A DNA stretch of 64,000 bases from Laetmonice hystrix (GCA_965235115.1 OZ249436.1:26228001-26292000), one strand, 5' to 3'; counted from the stretch's first letter, positions 1 to 12,882 are shown. A program made the numbers and translations. Notes: a model not told the origin generated them from the letters alone.

Positions 1-30
1 GAAACTCTTCGAAATCTATGGTGCCATTTC
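1..30 (-). CDS. Calmodulin-like gene exon 4, 5' part (truncated by window edge)
   Basis: tttcattgcag|GA AAT GGC ACC ATA GAT TTC GAA GAG TTT C = (G)NGTIDFEEF, completing the EF-hand 2 loop DADGNGTIDFEE. Confidence 0.93.
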
Positions 31-62
31 CTGCAATGAAAACAGATAAGTGGGCCCTAATG

Positions 63-447
63 CGTAGTGTCCAACCATCCTGATTTCGTTGGGATTTCCC
101 CCATTTTGCTTGAAAATCCCGAATCCCGATGCAATCTCGATCGGGATAGGAAACTTTATTTTTGAAGATCTGCTCACACGAAGATATTTGTGTCAAATTA
201 TAGGGGTCTAATACTTGTCATACGAGGAAACGAAACACTTAAATTGGATATCCAGGTGAAGTCTTATTTTATTGCAATAACATTTTTTAGGCAACAAGCC
301 TAAAATGACGATCAATTTACGCCTTTTTGACAGAAATATTCGTCTGAGAGCTAGTGCTGGAAAGGGTGTTTCAGGACCTCCACATTTTAAAGATTTCTCC
401 TACAATTTAAATCCCGATTTGGGAAGGTCCATATGTTGGACACTCTG
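63..447. mobile_element. Small non-autonomous TIR element (hAT-like MITE) in calmodulin-like intron 3
   Basis: Inverted ends agtgtccaac (66-75) / gttggacact (435-444); internal cccgat/atcggg motifs. Confidence 0.5.
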
Positions 448-1523
448 GATTAGTGTTTACTGTTTCTTCGCACGCAGTTACATACGGCCTTGTTCGATCA
501 GGCGAGAAAAGTATATTTTATTAGAATATAGTTGTGCATTCGGGAATCCTCGGCCATATCTTCGAAAGTAGCCTCGGTGAAATAGGTGCCATTTTGAGCA
601 TTGCATCGCGGGTACATTTAGCCGGGACTCTCGACAGCATGGCAGTGCTTGCAGTATTTTGTCTGCATCAGGCATGGAAGCAACTAAAATAGGCCTACAA
701 TGCTTTCCCCGAAGTCAGTGGGCAATATTACAATAGTATCATGTTATGATACAACTTAAATTACAACATGATTACAAGTAGTCCTACCATGTGTCGGGCC
801 AGTGTCGTACATGGGCGTGGCCATATTGCTTCCCAGAATTTGATAAATTACCGTATTGACGCCCATTTAGGTAAATTGGGTGATTCATTTTTCTTCTTCA
901 AACGTTCCCCTTCATACCAGAAATTTATATTTGCACATACAACGCCGAAGGAGCAGGTGTCAATAATGCACTACTTCCTGGCTCGATGGGATATGACGGT
1001 TCACTCAGTGCCTCGCTACACACCTCCATTTGGCCGTGTATCTGGTTGCCAAACATGGCCGCTATTCCACCCGAGGGTATATTCGAATAGCAGGAAGTGA
1101 CGTCATATGCCCGAGGGAGTCCCGAATGATCGTTTTATGATATCTTTTTTTTCAGTACAGATGTATTTGATACAGTGGCCGGGAAGCGAATGATTTCCCC
1201 CCGAACCTTTCGTGCTTTCGAAGGAATACAAATGTATAGGTTTAGCCTAGGCCTATATATAGTTGACTTAGACATCTGTTTGAACAGATACAAAGGGCTC
1301 GGGTCCTTGCAGCCACCTGTTTAACTCAGTTTTTCGTTTTTCTAAAGAAGACGGATCACCTTTTAATGTGTTCCACTCAATTCGTGAGACTTGGCCTTTT
1401 GGTATTATTTCAACACAATCTTTGTATCTATGATAGGTCTGACTTTGCCTCTCCATCGTGGACCCCGAGGCGGATTAATATTATAAGGAAGTGGTTAGCT
1501 AGGTGTCCGTCTACTATACCTAC

Positions 1524-1667
1524 CGTCAGCGTCCACCTCGTTGACCATATCCTGTAGTTCGGGTTCGGTCGGGTTCTGACCCAGTGACCGCATAACGGTG
1601 CCAAGCTCTCCTGCACTGATAGAACCATCGCTGTTCTTGTCAAACAGAGAAAAGGCCTCCTTAAATT
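1524..1667 (-). CDS. Calmodulin-like gene exon 3 (EF-hand 1 and start of EF-hand 2)
   Basis: tatttcag|AATTTAAG...GCTGACG|gtaggt; 144 nt, phase 1/1. Encodes [49 protein letters not shown], the same size and boundaries as canonical calmodulin exon 3. Confidence 0.96.
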
Positions 1668-2460
1668 CTGAAATACACACATATTATCGTCGGTGAGACA
1701 CACATTCGTGTATTACAATAACGAGAAGCGTTTTACACACGTTCGCTAAACTTTGGGTAGAGACTATTCGTGGAGCTCCAATGGTTATTTAGGCCTACTT
1801 CTCCTCGAATTATTTTTAAATGAATACTTTTCAGGGTACATCCATATGCATTGCTTCCACTAACCCTATTTTGTACGTCACAGAAATCGTATTCAACCTT
1901 CGATCCCTAGACCCATCTAGTACCTACACTATACCTGTCTGTACCACCTGTCGAGAATGTTGGAAAAAGCGGCACACTGATTTTACCAAATTCGTACTAG
2001 GATTTGTCTCATTGGCGTTCGCCTTATTGGGATTAGTCTAACTGGGATTCGTCTTATTGGGGTGAAACCTTGTTTTCTTTTATCTTCTTCCCTCCCCCTC
2101 CCCCTCTCTTCTTCCCCTTCGTTCTTTTTCTTATAACTTTGTGTCATATTATTAAATTAAATGCCAATGCTGCTGCGGTACCAAATTTGAGCATTTGATT
2201 TTCCGTATGTGCCATTTTGTCCTAGTCTACACTTGGTGCCCTTTTTCCGGTGCCATTTGTTTTATATGTGTCATTATTCCTGTGTGCATATTCTCCGGTG
2301 CCAGTTTTTTCAGGCTGCCATGCGTCTATACCACATCAACTTTTTATAGCGATCCCCTAATTATGTACAGGTCTAACTTCATGCATGTATGTGGGTGCGT
2401 GGGTGGGTGTCCTATGGGTGTGTGTGTATGTATACATGTGTATATTCAAGGCCTATATCT

Positions 2461-2860
2461 ATGGCCGCGTTGCAGAAAAAAATCTTAATGAAAATCGTAT
2501 CTTAAATTTACGAATTCTGTCGAAAGTGTTTCAGAACAAAAAATCGTAAATAATGTTGTCGTAATATTTATGAAAGTCTTACGACATTTATAGCCCCTAA
2601 ATATTTAAGACGACCTCAGGCCTGGGCGTAACTTATACGATACACTCTAAAAACAGATTAGTTAAAACAACCACTGGGGGGTGTTTCACTAACAGCGACG
2701 GACAGTCCGACCGGACGACGGACCCAGTCGGACCGTCCGTGTTTTAAAAAAGTGTTTCACTAAACTGTCCGACCGGGTCGGACCCGGTCGGACTGTCCGA
2801 CTTTCTAGGACAACTCGGGAGTTATCCTACACGGCGGTCGGACCAAAAAACATGGCGGAC
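2461..2860. mobile_element. Stack of truncated transposon ends (Harbinger-like ggccgcgttgcagaaa, EnSpm-like CACTCTAAAA at 2643, Harbinger-like gggggtgtttcactaa at 2676)
   Basis: Three terminus-like motifs in series, the two Harbinger-like ones each followed by subterminal motifs (tacga/tcgta; ccgacc/ggtcgg). No matching right ends were seen. Confidence 0.35.
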
Positions 2861-3408
2861 CAACTAGCCTACTGTTTGATTCTCGACATGTCAACTTTGG
2901 CTGCCAATTTGAGAAATACCTTCGTCCTTACTAATGTTTAAAGTGCACTCCTGATCATGTACCCTCGTGGTATGATACAAGTCGAAGGATTATTTCCCAT
3001 CTTCCAATATGGCTGCTTGGCTTGGAAAAATCGCATTACAGAGCATATCTCAGTACTTCTAGTCCCTATAAGATATTTCATTCGGCACTTGGCCTTGTCA
3101 GGTTAAAAGGCGCTGGTCAGTTCTCTTTCGCTTCGTGGAAGCCAATTTGGGGATAAACAATAGCACGTGCACTGTGCACAGCATTTTGGGACATAAGCCT
3201 CATTAGGGCTACTTTGGGCACAAAGTCAAAGACAGGTGAAGGGAGGCAATTAATTGTAGCCTACTTGTTTAAACAGCCCTATACCATATTATTGGCTAAA
3301 TTTTATATCCTAGCACGCCCCCTCCCAAACACCCCCACCTAAACACCCCTAGGCCCAGTGGCGTACCTTGAACGTTTGTCGGTGATGGCTCTGTATAATC
3401 CAGTGGAA

Positions 3409-3660
3409 CGTGTCACCTCACGCTATTCATTCCCTCTATCGACACTGGCCGCTGTCATTCCGACGTGTCACCTCACGCTATTCATTCCCTCTATCCGCAT
3501 ACACTGGCCGCTGTCATTCCGACGTGTCACCTCACACTATTCATTCCCTCTATCCGCATACACTGGCCGCTGTCATTCCGACGTGTCACCTCACGCTATT
3601 CATTCCCTCTATCCGTATAAACTGGCCAGTGTCATGTCACCTCGTACTATCCATTCGATA
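3409..3660 (+). repeat. Tandem repeat, ~59-bp unit, ~4 copies
   Basis: acgtgtcacctcacgctattcattccctctatccgcatacactggccgctgtcattccg starting at 3409, 3463, 3522, 3581. Confidence 0.9.
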
Positions 3661-3669
3661 TCCATCCCA

Positions 3670-5588
3670 ACACCTCACACTATCCATTCACTCTGGCCGT
3701 GTACACCAGCTCTCATATCTCAACACCTCACACTATCCATTCACTCTGGCAGTGTACACCAGCTGTCATATCTCAACACCTCAAACTATCCATTTACTCT
3801 GGCAGTGTACACCAGCTCTCATATCTCAACACCTCACACTATCCATTCACTCTGGCCGTGTACACCAGCTCTCATATCTCAACACCTCACACTATCCATT
3901 CACTCTGGCAGTGTACACCATCTGTCATATCTCAACACCTCACACACTATCCATTCACTCTGGCCGTGTACACCAGCTCTCATATCTCAACACCTCAAAC
4001 TATCCATTTACTCTGGCCGTGTACACCAGCTCTCATATCTCAACACCTCACACTATCCATTCACTCTGGCCGTGTACACCAGCTCTCATATCTCAACACC
4101 TCACACTATCCATTCACTCTGGCCGTGTACACCAGCTCTCATATCTCAACACCTCACACTATCCATTCACTCTGGCAGTGTACACCATCTGTCATATCTC
4201 AACACCTCACACACTATCCATTCACTCTGGCCGTGTACACCAGCTCTCATATCTCAACACCTCAAACTATCCATTTACTCTGGCCGTGTACACCAGCTCT
4301 CATATCTCAACACCTCACACTATCCATTCACTCTGGCCGTGTACACCAGCTCTCATATCTCAACACCTCACACTATCCATTCACTCTGGCCGTGTACACC
4401 AGCTCTCATATCTCAACACCTCACACTATCCATTCACTCTGGCCGTGTACACCAGCTCTCATATCTCAACACCTCACACTATCCATTCACTCTGGCAGTG
4501 TACACCAGCTCTCATATCTCAACACCTCACACTATCCATTCACTCTGGCCGTGTACACCAGCTCTCATATCTCAACACCTCAGACTATCCATTTACTCTG
4601 GCCGTGTACACCAGCTGTCATATCTCAACACCTCACACTATCCATTCACTCTGGCCGTGTACACCAGCTCTCATATCTCAACACCTCACACTATCCATTC
4701 ACTCTGGTAGCGTACACCAGCTCTCATATCTCAACACCTCACACTATCCATTCACTCAGGCCGTGTACACCAGCTCTCATATCTCAACACCTCACACTAT
4801 CCATTCACTCTGGCCGTGTACACCAGCTCTCATATCTCAACACCTCACACTATCCATTCACTCTGGCAGTGTACACCAAGCTCACCAGCTTACATATCCC
4901 GACAGCTCACACTCTACTGTTTGATTTGATGCCCCCTCCCCCCCCCCCCCCCCCCGTGAGCTTGCTCACCATGAGCACGCCTCACGGGACCCCCCCCCCC
5001 CCCAACCCAACCCAACCCCACGAAAACGGCGACCATGAGCTCATGCTCCCCTTTGCTCATCTCTGCTCACCCTTGCTCACGGTGGAAAAGTAAAAAAAAC
5101 AAAACAACAACAACAACAACAAAAACCGGGCCCAGCTGTCATATACCGACACCTCACACCATTCATTCACTCTGACAGTACACCAGCTGTCATATCTCAA
5201 CACCTCACACTATCCATTTACTCTGGCAGTGTACACCATCTGTCATATCTCAACACCTCACACTATCCATTCACTCTGGCCGTGTACACCAGCTCTCATA
5301 TCTCAACACCTCACACTATCCATTCACTCTGGTAGCGTACACCAGCTGTCATATCTCAACACCTCACACTATCCATTCACTCTGGCCGTGTACACCAGCT
5401 CTCATATCTCAACACCTCACACTATCCATTCACTCTGGTAGCGTACACCAGCTCTCATATCTCAACACCTCACACTATCCATTCATTCTGGTAGCGTACA
5501 CCAGCTCTCATATCTCAACACCTCACACTATCCATTCACTCTGGCCGTGTACACCAGCTGTCATATACCGACACCCCACACTATCCAT
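3670..5588 (+). repeat. 53-bp minisatellite (~30 copies) in calmodulin-like intron 2, interrupted at ~4880-5130
   Basis: Unit cactctggccgtgtacaccagctctcatatctcaacacctcacactatccatt (3689 to 3742 = 53 bp). This array explains the long plus-strand ORFs at 3358-5093. Confidence 0.95.
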
Positions 5589-5675
5589 CGGGTCCGTAGC
5601 CACAACAGGGAGATCCGAGGGGGCTAATCCCCCTCCAGAATGACATGATTATGAACGGATTATAGATGTACTCAC

Positions 5676-5718
5676 CGCCGATCTGCTCTTCGGTAAGAGT
5701 ATGATGAATTTCCTCCCC
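5676..5718 (-). CDS. Calmodulin-like gene exon 2 (GEEIHHTLTEEQIG)
   Basis: tgtttgcag|GGGGAGGAAATTCATCATACTCTTACCGAAGAGCAGATCGGCG|gtgagt; 43 nt, phase 0/1. LTEEQI matches calmodulin ADQLTEEQIA. Confidence 0.92.
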
Positions 5719-5793
5719 CTGCAAACATTTAGTATAATAATCATTTTACGCTTGATTTTACGCTCATTGCCAATCGAAAGAGCATTCCAATAA

Positions 5794-7125
5794 AGCCCCT
5801 GTCCCATACTGCCGTTTAACGATTCCGTCTGCCTCCGTCTAAATATTTACGTGAGACGGTGTCAGACGGCGGCGAATTCAATTTTTTTGGGCCATGAACG
5901 GTAGATAGAAAAGCATAAGTAACGTCTAAATACGTCTGAGAAACGTCTGCTAAGTATGAGTAACGTCTTCATTCAGCCCAGCTTACGGAACATCGAACGC
6001 CTGATTAACGTCTGCTTAAGAATGAGTAACGAACAAAACGGCTGAAAAACGTCTGAAATACGTCTATCACCATTCAGTTTCCGTCTTAAAAAAGGCCAAG
6101 CTCCGCCCATCGCCTCCTCACAACAGTCGTAGCTCGTGGACAGTCCCCATCGATCGTTCTGTGGGCCGAGAAGGCCCAGCCCGGTTTTTTTGTTTACTTT
6201 TCCACCGTGAGCAAGGGTGAGCTGAGCTGAGCTGAGCAAGGGTGAGCATGAGCTCATTCTCACCGTTTTCGTGTTTTTCGAGTTTGTTTTTTTTTCATGA
6301 GGCGTGCTTATGGTGAGCAAGCTCACGAAAAAACACCCCAAAAACGAAAACAGTGAGCAAAACGGTGAGCATGAGCTTCTGCTCACCCTTGCTCAGCTCA
6401 GCTCACCCTTGCTCACAGTGGAAAAGTAAACAACAAAACCGGCCCCAACTTGGCTATGAGGGTGAAATTTCATTTCTTTTTCATTATTTTAAAAAGTATT
6501 GTTGTGAGAAGTTTTAGGTACGCAGGACCCAAGCTTTTTCAGCTGGATGTCCATTTCTGCCCGTCTGGCCGTTGCCAAGGCTTTTCTCGCACTTATCTCT
6601 AACTTTTTGTATGCGTTTTTACCGTTATTCAGACGTGATTAGACGTTGATAGACGTTCCTCTATCCGTATCCATCCGTTTTTACCGTTGCGAGGACTGTC
6701 TTTGGCCTGAGATCAGGCGCTCATGTATTCGTTACGTGACTGTTTCTTGGACGTTATTCAGTTGTTTTCTTGCCGGTTTCACCGTTCCATAGACGTATGG
6801 TGCGTTCCGTGGCTGGAGGCAGACGAGCTGTCCGCCTGCCCAACAGCCATAAAAGTCTAAAAACCGGTAAGATTCCGCCTGAGTAACGATCAAAACGGCA
6901 GAAAACCGCCAGAGTAACATATGAGAACCGCCAATCGCGATCGGAAGCTGGCCGTTTCAAACTTTGAACATGTCCAAAGTTTAAAACGGCTAGCGCCGTC
7001 TGTCAACGTCTAGATTCGTCTAAAAACCAGCTGAAAAACGAGTTATAAACGAATGACAACGTCCAATAAACGTACGCCTTCGTTTTTCAGACGGAATCGT
7101 TAAACGGCGCAGTGGGACAGTAGCT
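5794..7125. mobile_element. Non-autonomous PIF/Harbinger-like element
   Basis: ~38-bp imperfect TIRs (agcccctgtcccatactgccgtttaacgattccgtctg / cagacggaatcgttaaacggcgcagtgggacagtagct); flanks TAA and TTA. Confidence 0.7.
6179..6446. mobile_element. MITE nested in the 5794-7125 element; partial second copy at ~4955-5132
   Basis: TIR ccggtttt..gtttacttttccac.gtgagcaagggtgagctgagc with its inverse at 6380-6446. The same terminus interrupts the 53-bp array. Confidence 0.75.
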
Positions 7126-7244
7126 TTAGACGTCATTATGACGTCATAACGTCAAAAGCATGGTTCCCCAAGGATGATCCGGGTTGATTTTTTTCCACAG
7201 TCATTTGGCACCATACTAAAAGCATTCGAGCAATAAACTAGTTA

Positions 7245-8255
7245 GAGTAGAGCGGGGCGAGACGCCCCCATTAAGGGTCAAAGCATTACCAGGCCGCCCC
7301 GTGTTATCAGAATGAGTAGTTTTTTTGTGGAAAGAAACATATATATTTTAGCTACTTATTGCTAATATGCTTTAGCTGTATCCTTTTTACAACATTTAAA
7401 AAATGAATTATTTCGAATAAAATTGCAAAGGGACGTCTTGCCCCATACCAGAGGTAAGACGCCTCCCTGGAGGCGTCTTGCCCCACCCGCCTATATCCAA
7501 GCCATAAAAGCCTGGCAGATTTCCTCTTTTTACTTTTTCTATTTCTCGAGTTTTCGTTTCTTTTGAATGTGGGTCTTCCATCTGTTATGTTGAATTTTCA
7601 ATAAGGTGCATTTGTGGACTGTGAAAAGCCCCCAAATTTCCAAAGGGGGGCTGGCTGGCCCCCTTTTCCTATTTTAAATGGCTATTTTGGGGGTGGGGGC
7701 CTAGATCCAAGATCGATAGGCCCCAGGACAAAGTAGGCCTGTCATCCTAGGCCTATAGGCTAGCTTAATTAGCCCAATTCTAAACGCCCTTTTGCACCCA
7801 AGCATTTTATTTGATTGTTAACCAGTTTTATCCTTTGATATACGAATGACCATTGGGGCATGAGGCCCCCCCTAGGGGCGTCTTGCCTCACGGGTATATT
7901 TTTTACCGAGGCGAGCGTGACATAAAATCTTCGGCGTGGATGGTCGAACTCTTTTCCACTATTTACAGATAATTACTTCTGTTATGTTATCATGATAGTA
8001 CTTAGGCTGAATCACACAAAGTAAATGTGACCAGAGGACAAGAGTGTTGCACAAACCTTATACGAAAATATTCATAAAATGTAATGTTGACCTACTTTCA
8101 TGAAAATATCGCAAATCGTCTTGTCTGGCCTGGTGTCAACACTACGTCCATTAGTGCATAAAATAACCGCTAGGGAATCCCAATTCAAGGATAAATAACT
8201 GAGTTAACACTGGGGGGCGTCTTTCCTCAAGGGGGCGTCTCGCCCCGCTCTACTC
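7245..8255. mobile_element. Non-autonomous Tc1/pogo-type element
   Basis: Perfect ~25-bp TIR gagtagagcggggcgagacgccccc, TA on both sides, internal repeats of the ggcgtcttgcccc motif. Confidence 0.8.
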
Positions 8256-8269
8256 TATACTAAATGTCT

Positions 8270-8525
8270 GGGTTTGGCCAAAAATTTGTCAATTTCTATT
8301 ATAGGCCTGCTAATATCGTTTCCGCTTCACACGCTTCCGTTATTTTCCAAACGGATTTGCAAACTTGTTTGTTTGGTGAAAACTGACTGCACAAAAATGA
8401 AATTGATACTTTACTAAACATTGTTGGGACAACAGATCCGACAAGATTACCTAAACCAAACTCTCCATTCCTTTCCAACCCTATATCTGTAATCAAAACC
8501 ATCACCAGTGCCAGGTTCCTTAGAG
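8270..8525 (+). pseudogene. Possible decayed non-LTR (CR1/L2-like) reverse transcriptase fragment
   Basis: Frame reading FQTDLQTCLFGEN*LHKNEIDTLLNIVGTT..RL.K..SP.L...I..IKTITSARFL loosely resembles the RT C-terminal region; contains a stop. Confidence 0.25.
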
Positions 8526-9088
8526 AGAAACGTTGGTATATAGAACTTTTTCCATGACATTTACGACTACCACTTTTTCAGTAAGAACTACGCAGTTTCT
8601 TAAACTAGAAACAAACAATAACGAAAAATTAAAAGGGTAATGAAACGTCATTATCATTTGTCAAATTCCTTATTAATATCAAGAGGATGGCATGAATGTC
8701 TATAAGTATAGGCATACGCCTCATTTGTGATTATGTGCCGTCCAGTATAGGATCGGCCTGTCTGCATAACGCTAATGTAGTGCGTAATTGAGGGCAGGTG
8801 TTGACATCTATAAAAAGATATCTCACCACGCCTCCATCTCGATTGTTTTCTGCCCTCCTCCACCCGGATATATTATGTTCGGGAATTCCCCCTTTGAAAG
8901 GCGCGTGGAAGTACTATTATATAGAGGGGTGGGGGCAGGGGGTTATGGTGCGAGAAATAGGGCATGCATGCACTTGTGCGACCTGGATGTCATTCTTCAG
9001 AAATCAGAGGGCTTAGCCCTAATCTATCTTTCTTGTAACCACAGCTTTAGAAAATAAATAGGGAGGGAGGCGTCACCTCCGTACTTAC

Positions 9089-9091
9089 CAT
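9089..9091 (-). CDS. Calmodulin-like gene, coding part of exon 1 (ATG only)
   Basis: Minus strand reads gaggtcaatATG|gtaagt: ATG with A at -3, followed directly by a consensus donor. An intron right after the ATG is the conserved animal calmodulin architecture, and the next exon starts in phase 0. Confidence 0.8.
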
Positions 9092-9215
9092 ATTGACCTC
9101 CGGTCAGCGCCTCTTCTTGAGGTGACGTTGCGGTGTCAATCAGGATTCAATAAAAAGCGTTTCAGGAATTTGCTGATCCTCTTAAGAGTTTCGACACTCG
9201 CAGTCTTATACTGCG
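9092..9215 (-). promoter_or_regulatory. Putative 5'UTR and core promoter of the calmodulin-like gene
   Basis: TATAAGA on the minus strand at 9204-9210, with an initiator-like TCAG about 30 nt downstream (~9175), upstream of the ATG. The TSS is inferred. Confidence 0.4.
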
Positions 9216-9340
9216 CCGCAAAACGTAGTCCACTGTTTTGCACACACAGGGGTGTCAACTTATGTAGAGATTAAGCTGGCATTGCATTTCGAGCCAAGAC
9301 GCACTGCGGTCCTGCTCTAGCTATATCATGGCCTCTGACT

Positions 9341-9702
9341 GTCTCCGCCGTGGGTCAGAGTAGACCTACTCCGTGTAGTACATCATACAATGTACCAAAC
9401 ATTAAGAAATCAGTCTCCGCCGTGGGTCAGAGTAGACCTACTCCGTGTAGTACATCATACAATGTACCAAACATTAAGAAATCAGTCTCCGCCGTGGGTC
9501 AGAGTAGACCTACTCCGTGTAGTATATCATACAATGTACCAAACATTAAGAAATCAGTCTCCGCCGTGGGTCAGAGTAGACCTACTCCGTGTAGTACATC
9601 ATACAGTGTACCAAACATTAAGTAATCAGTCTCCGCCGTGGGTCAGAGTAGACCTATACTCCGTGTAGTACATCATACAATGTACCAAACATTAAGAAAT
9701 CA
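9341..9702 (+). repeat. 72-bp tandem repeat, 5 copies
   Basis: gtctccgccgtgggtcagagtagacctactccgtgtagtacatcatacaatgtaccaaacattaagaaatca, near-identical copies with no unique spacers. Confidence 0.95.
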
Positions 9703-11721
9703 AAGTTCGGCATGCATATCACCCGAGTTGCCATATGACCTTTGTCCACACAATGTCGGATTCTATGCCTAGGCCTATAGGCCTATATTTTTGACTATTC
9801 CGACACTGTATATGATGCAGATGTAGGCCTATATAAAGCTTATTCGCGAAGATCAATCTGTGCTGCAGTCGGAAGTTTACTTCTGGGTGCTCGAAGTGGC
9901 GGAGAATCTTGTTTGTCGCGTGTTACTCCCTACCCCTCCTCAGGCCTTCACTACTTGTAGATCTGCACCGGGAAATAACATTTAGACCTGGAAGGTTGCC
10001 TGGGACGCCGGGGGCTTGGAGGTTGGGGGGGGGGGAGTTGGGGGAGGGGACTCGGCTTCTAGGAAGAGTGTCATCCTGGCTCACCGATCAGGTTACTTTT
10101 GACCTGACTGCTCGACGCCAGCTGCCACGTACCGCAGGCCGCCCGGTCTCTGCCGCCTCACAGTCGGCCCTCAACAATAGGCCGACCCTGGGCCGTCAGC
10201 CTGGCCCTGGTCTGGGACTGGGCCGGCCGTGGGCCGTCAGCTTGGCCCTGGTCCGGGACTGGGCCGACCAGTGCGTAGATCCATCCCCCTCCTCCCTCCC
10301 GCCCACCTGAATCTCGGCCGATGATGAGTCCCACCATAATAGCATGTGACTGCAGGGATGATTAATTGCGAAGTCGTAGGTCCCAAATGGTAGATCATGA
10401 TTACTCAAACAGAGCCTTGCGAATTAACAGGGACTGAAGATTATATATCAGGTACACTCTAAATTCGACTGGGTTATTTTTAACCCAAATGGGGTCAAAA
10501 TTTTACTATTTGCTGGGTCACTATTAGTGGGGCGGATAGTCAAACCAATTGTGCATTTTGTGATAAAAGCATGAGAATTTTCACAGAGTAACCTGGGACC
10601 ATACTCTTTATTTTAAGATAGGGAGGCATCCTGGATCCTGCCTGTGAGGCCTGTTTTAGCGTTTTGTTGCCTAGCAACAGTAACATGCTTAGCAACTGGC
10701 CTGATATGGTACCAAGGAGATAAAGAAACACACCTACCCACACTAAAGTCATATCATGGGTTAACATGGTAACATCAATTATTCCATAATACCAGCCCGT
10801 TGCCTAGCAACAGATCTTGGGTGTGAGACCTCCTTAGCAACGGGCTACCCCATCCTGATAAATGTAGCTTTCAGTAGAGAAATCATAACAAGACGATGTC
10901 CAGTGTCTTACTGTTCATTTATATACATGTGTAGTCTTACTGTTGCCTAGCAACGGAGCTTGAATGACTCAGTTGGGGTTTTTTCTTCATATAGAGAGGC
11001 ATCAGGAATCCTCCTTATATGAAGCTGGGCACCAGTTAGGAAAATGACATAACTACACGACTTGGTATCAGCTTCGCTTGGCTTCATATGGCTGCAAGGA
11101 GAAAAAGAAACACACCTACCCACACTAACGTGGTATCACCGATTACCTGGTAACATAAGTCATTCCATAACAGCAGCCCGTTGCCTAGCAACAGTAACAT
11201 GCTTAGCAACTGGCCTCATATGGTTCCAAGGAGAAAAAGAAACACACCTACCCACACTAAAGTCATATCATGGGTTAACATGGTAACATCAATTATTCCA
11301 TAACACCAGCCCGTTGCCTAGCAACTGACCTTGGGTCTGAGACTTCCTTAGCAACGGGCTACCGCAACCTAATAAATGTAGCTTTGAGCAGAAAAATCAG
11401 ACAAAAACGATGTCCAGTGCAACTGTAGTCATGTGTAATCTTAGTTACCTAGCAACGGAGCTGGATAACGCAGCTGTGTTTTTTTAGGTAAGGAGGCATT
11501 AGGAACTCCTTATATGAGGCTAGGCACCAATTAGGGAAATTGTGTAATGCACTAATAGCTTTGCAATAATCTATGTCTGAAATTTTGCGTCCAGTTGTAG
11601 GCAAATGTATCAGCAACAAGCAACAGAGTGACTCCGACCTGTAATTAAAGTGCGAGGGAGTGACGAAAAGATATCTTCCAACGACAGGACAAGAACAAAA
11701 TACATGAATATTTTAATATCT

Positions 11722-12838
11722 AACAAGCTTGTAAAGCTTATAGCCCCCACTAAGAACTATGGATTCTTGAAGAAACGATGATCTTTGAAGGGCAAAGAAA
11801 AATTGTTAAATGAAACTTCGTATGTACTTCGTCTGCATCTTAGTAACTATGCAGTTATGTACAGTTTGATAGCGTTATGCGATATGAAGTGTTTTGTAGA
11901 TACAGGCAATTGCAAAGATGCAATTGGAGGTTGACCCTCATGTTTTCTGTCACCAAGAACGAAGTCCAGAAAATGTCAGAGTTATTGCTTCGAATTTCTT
12001 CATAACCAAGATGGCCACCAAGCAACCATTTTTTAATATATGTTTGACCTGTGTCCTCCGTAGACTGTCCCTGGTTATTATGCAATGTTTCATGCAAGAT
12101 TAGATGTTGTTATCTTCAACTGGTTTGGCGGTACAGGCCATTAAAATATGCATGAACTTGATTGCCCTTGCAAGATCGCTCAAGGTCATGGGAAATGGCG
12201 CCAAATGAAACTTCATATACCACTTCCTATCTGTCAATAATAGTAATTATTGCCTTATCTTGCACCGTTTTCGAGATATGAGCCCAAACAGTGTTATTAG
12301 GGGGGAGCAAAAAAATATCAATGTGGCCGCAATGTCGCCATATTTGCTCTGATCTGGGAATACATTGCCGTATACATTGTCCCTCATATGCACCTCCTTT
12401 CCGCCAAATTTGAAAGAAATCGGTATCGTTTTGTCTGAGTTATTGCTCCAAATGTGATTATATCCCAGATGACCACCACGCAGCCATTTTGACTGATGTC
12501 AAAAATATCTTTGACCTGCCTCATCCTTTGACTGTCCCTGATCATTAGGTAATGTTTCATGCAAGATTATGTTGTTATCTTCAACTGTTTTGAAGATCCA
12601 GGCTATTTAAAATATGCATGACCTTGATTAACCTTTCAAGGTCGCTCAAGGTCATGGAAAATGGCGCTAAATGAAACTTCATATATGACTTTCTATCTAT
12701 CAATAGTAGTAACTATTGCGTCAAGCTTGCGCCGTTTTCGAGATATAAGCCAAAGCAGTGTCATTGTGGGGGTCAAGAAACAAATATGGCCGCCGGAGGG
12801 CGAATTATAAGCCCCCCCCCCGTTCTGGGGGCTAAAAA
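11722..12838 (-). mobile_element. Helentron-associated non-autonomous element (HINE/DINE-like), nested in the Academ element
   Basis: Hairpin aagctt-gta-aagctt next to subTIR tagccccc at the left end; agccccc...gggggcta hairpin plus an A run at the right end; degenerate 400-470-bp internal repeats. Confidence 0.65.
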
Positions 12839-12882
12839 AGCCCTGAAATTACACCAATTACCATGAATGATGATGGTATCAG

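Noticed and set aside
3358..5093. Three overlapping 450-504 aa ORFs
   Set aside because: They are translations of the stop-poor 53-bp satellite, open in all three frames, antisense within a calmodulin-like intron.
9341..9702. CRISPR-like regular repeats (also 3670-5588 and 61200-62600)
   Set aside because: Units are contiguous with no unique spacers, there are no cas genes, and the context is eukaryotic.
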